Shown piece by piece: positions 1 to 8,783 of a stretch of 21,153 bases of DNA. The notes below the pieces were generated by a model. That model was not told the DNA's origin. It made no database searches and saw nothing but the letters and a program-made list of their open reading frames with translations. Within the stretch, counting starts at the first letter, position 1; every line of letters starts with the position of its first letter. Position numbers and translations under genes: made by a program. The stretch is from Bdellovibrionota bacterium (GTDB lineage: Bacteria > Bdellovibrionota_C > UBA2361 > JBIKWN01): assembly GCA_044356295.1 (NCBI GenBank), contig JBIKWN010000041.1, forward strand, positions 1 through 21,153. The letters run 5' to 3'.

Positions 1-18
1 ACCTTCGCGTTACTAAAT
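1..18 (+). repeat. Truncated copy of the GxxExxY-flanking repeat (right-end orientation)
   Basis: ACCTTCGCGTTAC (1-13) is identical to 12973-12985, and 17/18 bases match over 1-18. The copy is cut by the window edge. Confidence 0.75.
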
Positions 19-24
19 TTAGCA

Positions 25-63
25 TTAATAACGTTTGCCGTTATTAACACGATGCGTTATTAT
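25..63 (+). promoter_or_regulatory. higBA promoter with tandem palindromic operators
   Basis: TTGCCG(35-40)-N17-TATTAT(58-63). Perfect inverted repeat TTAATAACG-N5-CGTTATTAA (25-47) and a second related site TATTAAC-N6-CGTTATTA (42-62) overlap the -35/-10 boxes, as expected for HigA autorepression. Confidence 0.75.
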
Positions 64-71
64 CATAAGAG

Positions 72-350
72 ATGATTAAGTCATTTCGCTGTAGAGAAAC
101 TCAAGGAATTTTCGAAAGACGTCGTTCAAAGAAATTTGGTTCGTTTCAAGAAATTGCATTAAGAAAATTGCTTCTTATCGAGGGTGCTGCTGTGTTAGAT
201 GACTTGAGGATTCCTCCAGCAAATAGGCTTGAAAAACTTAAAGGTAGTCGTCTAGGACAATATAGCATACGGATTAACGATCAATGGCGAATCTGTTTTG
301 AGTGGCGGGACGGTCATGCTTTTAAAATTGAAATTGTAGACTATCATTAA
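72..350 (+). CDS. higB: HigB toxin (RelE/ParE superfamily, plasmid maintenance killer type)
   Basis: 92 aa; MIKSF start, LRIPPANRLEKLKG and QYSIRINDQWRICFEW...EIVDYH signature; lies upstream of an HTH antitoxin. Confidence 0.95.
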   Translation: MIKSFRCRETQGIFERRRSKKFGSFQEIALRKLLLIEGAAVLDDLRIPPANRLEKLKGSRLGQYSIRINDQWRICFEWRDGHAFKIEIVDYH

Positions 351-364
351 CTGAGGACGTAACT

Positions 365-661
365 ATGGCAAAAAAAATACGAGCGATTCATCCAGGCGAA
401 ATTTTAAATGAAGAATTTTTAATTCCAATGAAAATTTCACAATATAGACTCGCCAAAGAGATCAAAGTTTCGCCGCGTCGAATTAACCAAATCATTCACG
501 GTACAAGATCTATTACTGCCGATACAGCACTTCGTCTTTCTAGGTATTTTAGTTTATCCGAAAGATACTGGCTTAACCTTCAAGCATGGTTCGATCTTGA
601 AACAGAAAAAGATAAGCTTGGTGATCGACTTAAAAATGAAGTTCATCCTTTAGCTGCATAA
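365..661 (+). CDS. higA: HigA antitoxin (XRE HTH)
   Basis: 98 aa; IHPGEILNEEFL, SQYRLA, ITADTALRLSRYF and YWLNLQ motifs; GAGGA Shine-Dalgarno upstream. Confidence 0.95.
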   Translation: MAKKIRAIHPGEILNEEFLIPMKISQYRLAKEIKVSPRRINQIIHGTRSITADTALRLSRYFSLSERYWLNLQAWFDLETEKDKLGDRLKNEVHPLAA

Positions 662-663
662 TC

Positions 664-681
664 CGGTGATGCTCACCTTTA
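664..681 (+). repeat. 18-bp dispersed motif, copy 1
   Basis: CGGTGATGCTCACCTTTA, 15/18 to AGGGGACGCTCACCTTTA; 671-684 is identical to 20191-20204; begins 2 nt after the higA stop. Confidence 0.7.
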
Positions 682-783
682 TAAGCTCCTCATTCGAGGT
701 GTTACTATGTCTCTAGGAAAGCTATCAATTGAAATCGCCTTGAAATTCCACGCTCCATACCGTTTTTACTTAATACTTTGTTG

Positions 784-1065
784 TTAAGCCGCTTTTTTAG
801 CAATGACTCGGTAGTCATACCCAAGTGCTATCAACATATTAAAGAGAACATCAAAAGTTACTTTTGCCGTTCCAATACCTGATTCAATTTGAGCTACCCT
901 TGCCTGACTCACGCCTAATTTCTTTGCTAACGTAGCTTGAGATAATTTTTTAGCTTTTCTGATCTTGTGAATCATATCAATGAGCTTTTGCTTTTCACGA
1001 ACCTCCGTAATATCTGCACCGATAGACTTAGCAAGCTCCTCTAATGTCATTTCTTTCCATGCCAT
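784..1065 (-). CDS. XRE-family HTH antitoxin of second TA pair
   Basis: 93 aa; IRKAKKLSQATLAKKLGVSQARVAQIESG is a Cro/XRE HTH; 2 nt downstream of a RelE-like toxin, with a GGAG Shine-Dalgarno inside the toxin 3' end. Confidence 0.9.
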   Translation of the reverse strand: MAWKEMTLEELAKSIGADITEVREKQKLIDMIHKIRKAKKLSQATLAKKLGVSQARVAQIESGIGTAKVTFDVLFNMLIALGYDYRVIAKKAA

Positions 1066-1067
1066 AT

Positions 1068-1400
1068 TTAGATCTCCTTTAATCTTTTCAAAATCATATC
1101 CATATCCTTGGAAGATATAGCCTGCGTTTTCTTACGATAGGCATGCAGTAAATAAATTGCATCACCACGCTTGATATAATAGATCACACGCACTTGTCCC
1201 GCTTTATCTCGGAACCTTAGCTCATGTAATCCAAATCGAATGCTTGATAAGTTTTTACTTAACGGCATTTCAAGATTCTTGCCTGCTTCAAGTTGAGCTA
1301 AAGCATCAAAAACCTCTAGCCTTGTCGGCTCCGGCAATTCTTTTAAGAATTCCTCGACAGGACTACGCCCACTCGATTTTAGGTAAAATTTAATTTTCAC
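1068..1400 (-). CDS. RelE/ParE-family toxin (Gp49/DUF891-like, HigB-type order)
   Basis: 110 aa, GTG start; FY..SSGRSPVEEFL, GLHELR, RVIY, IYLLHAYRKKTQ motifs typical of Gp49-like RelE toxins. Confidence 0.9.
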   Translation of the reverse strand: MKIKFYLKSSGRSPVEEFLKELPEPTRLEVFDALAQLEAGKNLEMPLSKNLSSIRFGLHELRFRDKAGQVRVIYYIKRGDAIYLLHAYRKKTQAISSKDMDMILKRLKEI

Positions 1401-1408
1401 TTATTTAA

Positions 1409-1444
1409 ATAATAAGCTTGAGCTTATTATAAGTCAAGGCTTAT
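1409..1444 (-). promoter_or_regulatory. Promoter and tandem operators of second TA operon
   Basis: On the - strand, TTGACT(1437-1432)-N17-TATTAT(1414-1409). Perfect inverted repeat ATAATAAGCT-TG-AGCTTATTAT (1409-1430); two ATAAG-N6-CTTAT sites (1412-1427, 1429-1444). Confidence 0.8.
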
Positions 1445-1459
1445 ATTTTGGGATAATGG

Positions 1460-1592
1460 CTTAACTATTTGATTAGAAAGCATGGTGTCATGCTTGATGA
1501 AAATCTAACTAAACTCTACGGGATAGAAACAATAAGAAGAGAATTCAGCTCTGAGATGCCAAATTGGCATCTCAGAAAAAGGGGCGCATTAG
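1460..1592 (+). pseudogene. Decayed ORF6N-domain DNA-binding protein gene
   Basis: LNYLIRKHGVMLDENLTKLYGIET resembles the ORF6N N-terminus (IRGxKVMLDxDLAxLYGVET). A different frame (1536-1592) gives EENSALRCQIGISEKG, resembling the ORF6N LRSQxxTS motif. The segment usually lying between them is absent. Confidence 0.75.
1550..1576. repeat. Perfect 13-bp inverted repeat with 1-nt centre
   Basis: TCTGAGATGCCAA-A-TTGGCATCTCAGA; encodes LRCQIGIS within the ORF6N remnant. Confidence 0.9.
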
Positions 1593-1623
1593 ATTTATTT
1601 CAATCTTCTTCATCGGTCAAATG

Positions 1624-1641
1624 TAAAGGTGAACGGCCCCC
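1624..1641 (-). repeat. 18-bp dispersed motif, copy 2
   Basis: The - strand reads GGGGGCCGTTCACCTTTA, 15/18 to consensus. It overlaps the TAG of the 1641-2525 gene and is inverted relative to copy 1. Confidence 0.7.
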
Positions 1642-2525
1642 TACTTCGTAGGAGTAACAACCGCTTCCTCAACAACCCCAATCGGCTCAACAAACTTCCC
1701 ACTCATCGTCAAAAGCCCAGAAGGATCTTCTAACCCCTCCAAAAGTATCTGCCCCGTCTCAGTCATCAAATACCAACTTGGTAATTTCTTAACTTTATAA
1801 ATCTCTGGTGGCTGCATCGTTGGAATAATCGTAAATGCAGATGCAAGGCGGCGCTGCAAAGCTTTATCGGTTTTGATCCGATTAAACAATTCATTCATTG
1901 CGTTTTCAGCAAGTCGCGGATTATCTTTAAATTTGGCTTCAAGCTCTGCCGTATTATCTGGTACACCTCTATTAATCTCTTCCTGTGCAATCGCAAAAGC
2001 TTCTTTCATTGCTTTAGTATCATCCCTTCCATTAATGACAAGAAATACAGGAGCCGGATTTAATTCACGCTCACGAGTCAAACGATAATAATGAGCAAGA
2101 GTAGTTTTCATCTGTTCCGAACCATCTGCTTCAACAATAAGCCCTATTCCCCTCAATGGAATTGCACGTTCATCTTCTTCAGCAGAACGTGAGATCTGTT
2201 TTTTATTTTTGGACAGATCTTTTTCTGGTTCAATCTCTGGTTCTAAAACCGCTACCTTCTTCTTAGGCTTACTAAACAGATTATTTTCATCAGTTTCATC
2301 AGTGACATCAGTTTCAGTTTTTTGATGATCACTCTTTACTGGCTTTTGTTCTCCTATAATCGGGGCCTCTGTTGGTAATAGCGATTCTTGTTCATTTGTG
2401 TCACTTGGTGAGGACAAGAAAATATCATCCTGCGCTACAACAGCTTGCTCATAGAACAAAAGAAAAAAAACGACTAAACCTATTTCTCGAAAGAATTTTG
2501 AAAACGAAAACACCAATCTATCCAT
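1641..2525 (-). CDS. Exported hypothetical protein, possibly distant TrbC (F-type)/thioredoxin-like fold
   Basis: 294 aa; signal peptide ending AVVA-QDD, acidic low-complexity linker, C-terminal PPEIYKVKKLPSWYL reminiscent of the TrbC DPxLFxxFxIxxVPAFV motif. The CDS is clear; the family call is tentative. Confidence 0.55.
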   Translation of the reverse strand: MDRLVFSFSKFFREIGLVVFFLLFYEQAVVAQDDIFLSSPSDTNEQESLLPTEAPIIGEQKPVKSDHQKTETDVTDETDENNLFSKPKKKVAVLEPEIEPEKDLSKNKKQISRSAEEDERAIPLRGIGLIVEADGSEQMKTTLAHYYRLTRERELNPAPVFLVINGRDDTKAMKEAFAIAQEEINRGVPDNTAELEAKFKDNPRLAENAMNELFNRIKTDKALQRRLASAFTIIPTMQPPEIYKVKKLPSWYLMTETGQILLEGLEDPSGLLTMSGKFVEPIGVVEEAVVTPTK

Positions 2526-2528
2526 CTA

Positions 2529-4967
2529 TTAATATTCTCTAATATTGAACCGCTCTACACCTAAATGAGGCCCAGGGAAAGGAATAATTCCAAACACAAC
2601 ATTTCTCAATAAAAATCCCTCAATACTATTCGGGTTCGTTGGTTCATATTCAGGGCATGATGCAAAAGCAGTCCATCTATTAAGCTGATTTGGACCTGCA
2701 CCTACAACTGACAATTTTTCATCTCCAGAAGCATCATCTGTAATATCAGGCGCTCTACAATCCTCCTCAATCTTAAACTGCATGCCACCAGCATACGGAG
2801 CTAATGCCTCTAAATGAGCTTTACTAGGCTGCACTTTGTCATTAAAAGAAGATTCTGAATATTTCTGGTTATAAATACGAGGGTTGATTGTTGCCGAATA
2901 TGGGAATCTATATTTAAAATTCGCACGTGGTCTCGTCAAGAGCGGTGTCTTCTCTTTAAAAAGAGTAATATCTTGCGCATCTTTTACAACTGCTTTGGCG
3001 ATAGCCCCCATTTCAGCATTCGACTTTGCAAGATTTAGCTCGGTGTTTATAGCAGTTTGTGTTATTGCAGTGCACGCTTTACTTTGTACTTGCCCAATGT
3101 TTCCCGATGTCAAATTGGATGCAGTGGTAAACGTCTTTTTAATATCAGAGATAACCGCAGCTGCTTCACGAGAAGTACCACCATTAAATTTCAAAAGCAT
3201 TAAGGCTCGGTCTAACTGCTGAATATATCGTATTAATTTTGCATTTACTGGATTATTGAAAGTATTTGAATTTTGAAAAGCAAGGGCAAGTGCAGGATTC
3301 GTACAAAGGTCGGGATTCTTTTTTTGCTCTAGAAAAGGGATAAAATTCGCTGCTAATACTTTATTAAACCCGATGATTGTGGGACTTCTTGCAAGAGCAA
3401 GATCATAAGGCAAGCCGCGAATAAACATGTTCAGATTGCCATCGAAAATATCTTTTGCAAACGAAAAGTTTTGCTTTGCATTAGCTCCTTGAGAAGGAAC
3501 AGCAAAATAATTGTTTTCATTTTCAAGTGGAAGCGTTCCAAAATCAGTCATGGATGTACCAGCAGAAGCAAGCCTCACTCGAGAATCCTGCAATTGATTA
3601 TCTGCAAACTGTGCATTAGGCGATTTTGTATTTAAAAACTCAGCAGCGGTTGGAGTAGAAGGCTCACGAGTAGGCGGAAGAATATTAAAAGGAATAAGTG
3701 GATCTTGAACTATTTCAAATCCAACTTGTAATCCAATAGTCACAATAAACCTAAAATTTGGATAAGTAGCTTTATTATCTTGGAAAGTTTTTGCTAATAA
3801 TCGACTAGCCACTGCTGGAGTAAGCCCGAAATTATAGTTAATTGCTCCGGGCATTTTTCCAATAGCAGCAGTTGTAAGTGCACGCTCAAGTCGTTCAGCT
3901 TGAGCCATTGTAATTTTGCCATCAAGAGCTGCTTTAAAATAGTCACCATCTTGTTTACTAGTAAGACCAAGCAGATTAATGCCGCTTGGTTTCGGCATTC
4001 CATTCGCACTTAAATTCGGTTTCGTAATACATGCTAACAGTGATTGTCCAATGTCATTAGCGTCTACATCTGCAGATTTACCAGTAGTAATTCCTGAAGC
4101 AACGCTCAGTTCATTATTCATTAGCATTGCATTCATACAATACTGTCGAAAATCTACGGTATTTAACATAACTTTTAATGAGCTTGCGACAGGCACTGCA
4201 GAAATTGCACTTTGTAAATTATTAGCAAGGTTTCTAAGAAGACTAAGAGTATACGGTGCAGAATCATTTCCACGCGCAACTGTAAGTTTTTCGGTAAAAA
4301 GCCGTGTAGTATCTGCAGGTGTAATACCCCAAGCAATACATGGGCCACCATCGTAAAGTGTTGCTTCACATCCACTACACCAATACTTAGTAGGCCAGCC
4401 ATTTTCTTGACACTGATACGTATTAAATCCGTTTCGTGCAATAGGATATAACCCTGGGATCAATGGATCTATTACCGATTTAGGATTAATCATTGTAGTA
4501 TGATTTTCAATAAATACTGGAGAGGTAGCACCACCAAGACTCGTCTCATCAGCAAGCTGAGTAGCTTTTACAGGATCAGAAATTCTTTCAATTTGATTCT
4601 TAGTCAGTGTCTCAAGCTGATCTTTACGTCTAATGCTATTAACATAATCAAGCATTCCTGCGCCGTATTTTTTTTCAAACGCCGCAGCACCTGAACCAAG
4701 ATACGTCTTAAAATCTTTTTGCTTATCAGGATCAGCAAGAAATGCTTTAGCAGTGTTTTGAATAAAAGTAATATCAAATGAGCTAAGACCACCTGAACCA
4801 CCGCCGAGCTGTTTTTTTAGCTCAGCAACATAAGGTGTATCTGGTTTTTGTGCCTGTCCATGTGCAAGACGAAGTTCAACAGATAAAAAGAGCGATACAA
4901 TGAAAATGTAAAAAATAAAAAACCTAAAAGCTCTTGGGTAAGAAATAACGTCAAAAGACTGCATCAC
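2529..4967 (-). CDS. Large exported Cys-containing protein, possibly distant TraU-like
   Basis: 812 aa; signal peptide (LAHG-Q); Cys cluster YQCQENGWPTKYWCSGC...PC; C-terminal DKVQP...DC...RWTAFASCP loosely echoes the TraU C-terminus. The start overlaps the upstream stop. Confidence 0.55.
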   Translation of the reverse strand: MMQSFDVISYPRAFRFFIFYIFIVSLFLSVELRLAHGQAQKPDTPYVAELKKQLGGGSGGLSSFDITFIQNTAKAFLADPDKQKDFKTYLGSGAAAFEKKYGAGMLDYVNSIRRKDQLETLTKNQIERISDPVKATQLADETSLGGATSPVFIENHTTMINPKSVIDPLIPGLYPIARNGFNTYQCQENGWPTKYWCSGCEATLYDGGPCIAWGITPADTTRLFTEKLTVARGNDSAPYTLSLLRNLANNLQSAISAVPVASSLKVMLNTVDFRQYCMNAMLMNNELSVASGITTGKSADVDANDIGQSLLACITKPNLSANGMPKPSGINLLGLTSKQDGDYFKAALDGKITMAQAERLERALTTAAIGKMPGAINYNFGLTPAVASRLLAKTFQDNKATYPNFRFIVTIGLQVGFEIVQDPLIPFNILPPTREPSTPTAAEFLNTKSPNAQFADNQLQDSRVRLASAGTSMTDFGTLPLENENNYFAVPSQGANAKQNFSFAKDIFDGNLNMFIRGLPYDLALARSPTIIGFNKVLAANFIPFLEQKKNPDLCTNPALALAFQNSNTFNNPVNAKLIRYIQQLDRALMLLKFNGGTSREAAAVISDIKKTFTTASNLTSGNIGQVQSKACTAITQTAINTELNLAKSNAEMGAIAKAVVKDAQDITLFKEKTPLLTRPRANFKYRFPYSATINPRIYNQKYSESSFNDKVQPSKAHLEALAPYAGGMQFKIEEDCRAPDITDDASGDEKLSVVGAGPNQLNRWTAFASCPEYEPTNPNSIEGFLLRNVVFGIIPFPGPHLGVERFNIREY

Positions 4968-5890
4968 TTACTTTTCTCCAATTTGTATAAAGACTTTATA
5001 TAAGGATGGAATTCACCTTTGGCACTCTTTGAATAATTCTTCAAAGCAGGAAGCCCTTGATCAATATACACCCTTGCACCTTGAAGCCTCATCCTAAACG
5101 GAAGGCATGGTACCCCCATTTCAGTAATGTAGCTCCATCCCTTATTCGGCACTTCTTTAACAAATGGTACTAAAATTGTTGTGACCCCATAAACAATATC
5201 TGCATCCTCTACAAAATCCTTTGGTTCGATAAAAAGCATATCTTGGTAGGGCGATTTTTGACCTTCTAAACCTTCTGGAAAGCTTTCAGACATCTGAAAT
5301 GATTCACTTTTATCTTCTAGGCATCTTGAAACTGCTGGTGGTTCAACGTTTTCGAGGATCTCTTTGGTGAGCTGTTCCTCGGTAGGCATATTCTTGGCGG
5401 ACTCGATCCATTTCTGTTTAAAGTCCTCGACGAATGCTTTGACATCAATTAAAGGAGTCGGAGTTGGACCAGGAATGAGGTCTCGGCCTTCATTAAATTT
5501 AAAATGTTTTTCAATAGGAACCCAGGTCGGTTCTGGATCAAGTCCGTCTTCTCGTTGAGGTGGACTCGGTGTGTCGGGTGGATAGACTGGTTGTCTTTTT
5601 TGCATCTCTTCTGGTTGTGCTTCAAGAGGTAATGTTTTTAATACTTCTTCCGGCATCTTCATGCCTTCAGGTGCAATTTCATAACCAATTGATCCGTCTT
5701 TATTCTTTTCAGGTGCGGCTTGCCCCATTTGCATTTCTTGCTGAGGTTTTCCAAACAGATCGTCTTGAGCAAAACAATACGAGTTAGGTGTGACGCTTAC
5801 TATTAGTAATAGTATTAGACCAAAAAATAAATTTGAAATATCTAAATATTCCAAATTGTTACTAAAGGTGAGCGTCCCCTTTTTTTTCAT
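4964..5890 (-). CDS. Exported Pro/Glu-rich protein, possibly distant TraW C-terminal-like
   Basis: Open from 5917; the ATG at 5890 overlaps the gcvP stop (ATGA), but the true start is uncertain. Signal peptide ends [14 protein letters not shown] and [21 protein letters not shown] recall TraW LxFIDxxD and FGIxxVPxxVxQxGxxLxI. Confidence 0.55.
   Translation of the reverse strand: MKKKGTLTFSNNLEYLDISNLFFGLILLLIVSVTPNSYCFAQDDLFGKPQQEMQMGQAAPEKNKDGSIGYEIAPEGMKMPEEVLKTLPLEAQPEEMQKRQPVYPPDTPSPPQREDGLDPEPTWVPIEKHFKFNEGRDLIPGPTPTPLIDVKAFVEDFKQKWIESAKNMPTEEQLTKEILENVEPPAVSRCLEDKSESFQMSESFPEGLEGQKSPYQDMLFIEPKDFVEDADIVYGVTTILVPFVKEVPNKGWSYITEMGVPCLPFRMRLQGARVYIDQGLPALKNYSKSAKGEFHPYIKSLYKLEKSK
5863..5880 (-). 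repeat. 18-bp dispersed motif, copy 3
   Basis: The - strand reads AGGGGACGCTCACCTTTA, identical to 20184-20201; begins 6 nt after the gcvP stop. Confidence 0.85.
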
Positions 5891-8754
5891 TTTTCGTAAT
5901 CTTCCATTGGAAGGCATGCGCAGACTAAATTTCTGTCTCCGAATCCAGCATCAACTCTGCCTACTGCTGGCCAGAATTTATAATCACGCAACCACTTAGC
6001 TGGATATGCTGCTTGTTCACGTCCATACGGTCGATCCCAAGTATCTGCAATAACACATGCTTGAGTATGCGGTGCATGTTTCAATGGATTATTTTGCTTA
6101 TCAAGTTTTCCTTGTTCAATTGATCGTGCTTCATCACGAATAGCGATCAATGCATCACAGTAACGATCCATTTCATGTTTTGATTCACTTTCGGTTGGTT
6201 CAATCATAATAGTTCCAGGAACTGGCCACGAAACTGTAGGAGCATGAAAACCAAAATCCATAAGTCGTTTTGCAACATCATCAACTTCTACAGCAGAAGA
6301 AGTTTTTAGTGAGCGAAGATCAAGAATACATTCATGAGCCACCAAACCATTTTCTCCTTTATAAAGAACAGGGTAATGGTCTTGAAGACGCTTCGCCATA
6401 TAATTTGCATTAAGTATTGCAACTTCACTTGCAGTCTTAACCCCCTCTTCGCCCATCATTGCGATGTAACTCCAAGAAATTGGCAAGATACTCGCACTTC
6501 CCCAAGGCGCAGCAGAGATAGCACCAATACCAGACTCTTTATTAATATCTGCTAAAGGGTGCGAAGGAAGAAACTCAACAAGATGTTTCGCTACACCGAT
6601 TGGTCCAACACCTGGTCCTCCACCACCATGTGGAATACAAAATGTTTTGTGCAGATTCATATGGCATACATCGGCACCGAACTCACCTGGCTTAACTAAT
6701 CCAACTAGGGCGTTTAAGTTTGCACCATCAAGATATACTTGACCGCCGTGGTTGTGGATTGTTTCAGTAATCTCTCGAACGGCGGCTTCAAAAACTCCGT
6801 GGGTCGATGGATACGTAATCATTAACGCAGCAAGATTTTTACTGTGAAGCTCAGCTTTTGCTTTTAGATCTGCAACATCAACGTTTCCGTAATCATCACA
6901 GTTAACAACAACAACTTGCATTCCTGCCATCACTGCACTTGCAGGATTTGTTCCATGAGCAGATTTTGGAATCAGACAAATATTTCTGTGACCTTCATTT
7001 TTTGTTTGATGATATTTTCTAATAACTAAAAGCCCAGCGTATTCACCCTGCGAACCTGCATTCGGCTGCAAAGTAACTCCTGCAAAACCTGTCATTGCAC
7101 ATAATACTTGCTCTAATTCATTGAAAAGAACTGCATACCCTTGAGTCTGATTAGCTGGAGCAAAAGGATGAATTCCTCCAAACTCTTTCCAAGTAACTGG
7201 GATCATCTCGGTTGTACTATTTAATTTCATCGTACAAGAACCAAGAGGAATCATTGATGTTGCAAGTGAGAGCTCACGTGATTCAAGTCGTTTTACATAT
7301 CGTAAGAATTCACTTTCAGAGTGATAGCGATTAAAAATTGGGTGCGTTAGACATTCTGTTGTTCGAAGCATCGCTTCTGGAAGTTGAGGCTTTTTGACCG
7401 CAGCAGTAGAAACAGATTTTTTCTCGCCAGTCAGAACATAAACGAGATCAGATAAATCATTTGCAAGAACAGTTTCATCGAGCGAAACACCGACTTCACC
7501 AGCTACAAAAGAATTAATATTAATACCAACACTTTCTGCGCGAGAGATAATTTTACGTTTATCATCCTCAGTAACTGTAAATGTTACAGTATCAAAAAAG
7601 TTTTTATTAGAAAGTTTTAGGGATGAACACGCATCAACAAGAGCTTGAGCATTTGCATGAACCGTTGAAGCGATATCTTTTAATCCCTTCGGGCCATGAT
7701 ACACAGCATACATTCCTGCCATAACTGCAAGTAACGCTTGAGCAGTACAGATATTACTGGTCGCTTTTTCTCGGCGAATATGTTGTTCACGTGTTTGAAG
7801 CGATAAACGTAATGCAGGATTACCATTACTATCTTTAGATACACCAATAATTCGTCCAGGAATTGAGCGCTTTAACTCATCGCGGCATGCAAAGTAAGCG
7901 GCGTGTGGACCACCAAATCCAAATGGAACTCCGAATCGCTGGGCAGATCCAACTGCCATATCGCATCCGATATCCCCCGGTGCCTTAAGCATCGTTAGTG
8001 ACAAAATATCAGCAGCAAGAATTGAAAGTATCCCTTTCGCACGAGCAGCGCTGCACGCTTGGGTAAAATCAACTACTTCACCTTTTGCATCAGGATACTG
8101 AGCAAAAAAACCAAACACATCATCGGATAGCGTTGGCGTCGTACCAGTAAAAGTCTCTACTTTAATACCAAGTGGCTCAGCACGAGTTTCAATACATGCA
8201 AGCGTTTGCGGAAATACAGTAGCAGAGACTAAAAATTTAGGTTTAGTAACTGAATCTTTATTTACAGAATGAAAAGCAACACTCATTGCTTCAGCAGCTG
8301 CAGTTCCTTCATCGAGCAGTGACGCATTGGCAACAGGAAGTCCTGTTAATTCAATTATCATAGTTTGAAAATTAAGCAGCGCTTCGAGTCGACCTTGTGA
8401 AACTTCAGGTTGATACGGAGTATACTGTGTATACCAACCAGGATTTTCAAGAATATTTCGCAAAATTACTGTTGGAGTCAGCGTTCCGTAGTAACCAAGT
8501 CCAATATATGAACGAAACACTTTATTTTGGTCGGCGATTTCTCGCATACGAATCAGTGATTCTTGTTCTGTTAACGCTTCTCTAAGAACAGGAAGTTTAA
8601 ATTCTTGCTTTGAGCGAACTGCATCAGGAATAACAGCATTGATAAAGCTCTCCATCGAACTATAGCCAACTGTTTTTAACATTGACTGAACATCTTTTGG
8701 TGAAGGACCAATATGTCGACGGATAAAGCTATTATTTTTCACTGTTTGCTCCAT
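5887..8754 (-). CDS. gcvP: Glycine dehydrogenase (decarboxylating), single-chain P protein
   Basis: 955 aa; [60 protein letters not shown] lysine motif [19 protein letters not shown]-terminal GDRNLVCAC. Confidence 0.99.
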   Translation of the reverse strand: MEQTVKNNSFIRRHIGPSPKDVQSMLKTVGYSSMESFINAVIPDAVRSKQEFKLPVLREALTEQESLIRMREIADQNKVFRSYIGLGYYGTLTPTVILRNILENPGWYTQYTPYQPEVSQGRLEALLNFQTMIIELTGLPVANASLLDEGTAAAEAMSVAFHSVNKDSVTKPKFLVSATVFPQTLACIETRAEPLGIKVETFTGTTPTLSDDVFGFFAQYPDAKGEVVDFTQACSAARAKGILSILAADILSLTMLKAPGDIGCDMAVGSAQRFGVPFGFGGPHAAYFACRDELKRSIPGRIIGVSKDSNGNPALRLSLQTREQHIRREKATSNICTAQALLAVMAGMYAVYHGPKGLKDIASTVHANAQALVDACSSLKLSNKNFFDTVTFTVTEDDKRKIISRAESVGININSFVAGEVGVSLDETVLANDLSDLVYVLTGEKKSVSTAAVKKPQLPEAMLRTTECLTHPIFNRYHSESEFLRYVKRLESRELSLATSMIPLGSCTMKLNSTTEMIPVTWKEFGGIHPFAPANQTQGYAVLFNELEQVLCAMTGFAGVTLQPNAGSQGEYAGLLVIRKYHQTKNEGHRNICLIPKSAHGTNPASAVMAGMQVVVVNCDDYGNVDVADLKAKAELHSKNLAALMITYPSTHGVFEAAVREITETIHNHGGQVYLDGANLNALVGLVKPGEFGADVCHMNLHKTFCIPHGGGGPGVGPIGVAKHLVEFLPSHPLADINKESGIGAISAAPWGSASILPISWSYIAMMGEEGVKTASEVAILNANYMAKRLQDHYPVLYKGENGLVAHECILDLRSLKTSSAVEVDDVAKRLMDFGFHAPTVSWPVPGTIMIEPTESESKHEMDRYCDALIAIRDEARSIEQGKLDKQNNPLKHAPHTQACVIADTWDRPYGREQAAYPAKWLRDYKFWPAVGRVDAGFGDRNLVCACLPMEDYEK

Positions 8755-8783
8755 ATACTTAAAGACTCGAAACTAAATTAAAA

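Noticed and set aside
1..1642. Integron attC array or prophage remnant
   Set aside because: No integrase, convincing attC structure or phage structural genes. Gp49-like and ORF6N domains commonly occur outside phages.
1469..1651. 60-aa ORF as an intact gene
   Set aside because: Only the first ~22 residues resemble ORF6N. The next recognisable motif is in another frame and the tail runs through motif copy 2, so it is treated as a pseudogene.
5891..5917. ORF-track start at 5917
   Set aside because: It lies inside the conserved gcvP C-terminal coding region. The ATGA overlap at 5890 or a later start is more plausible.
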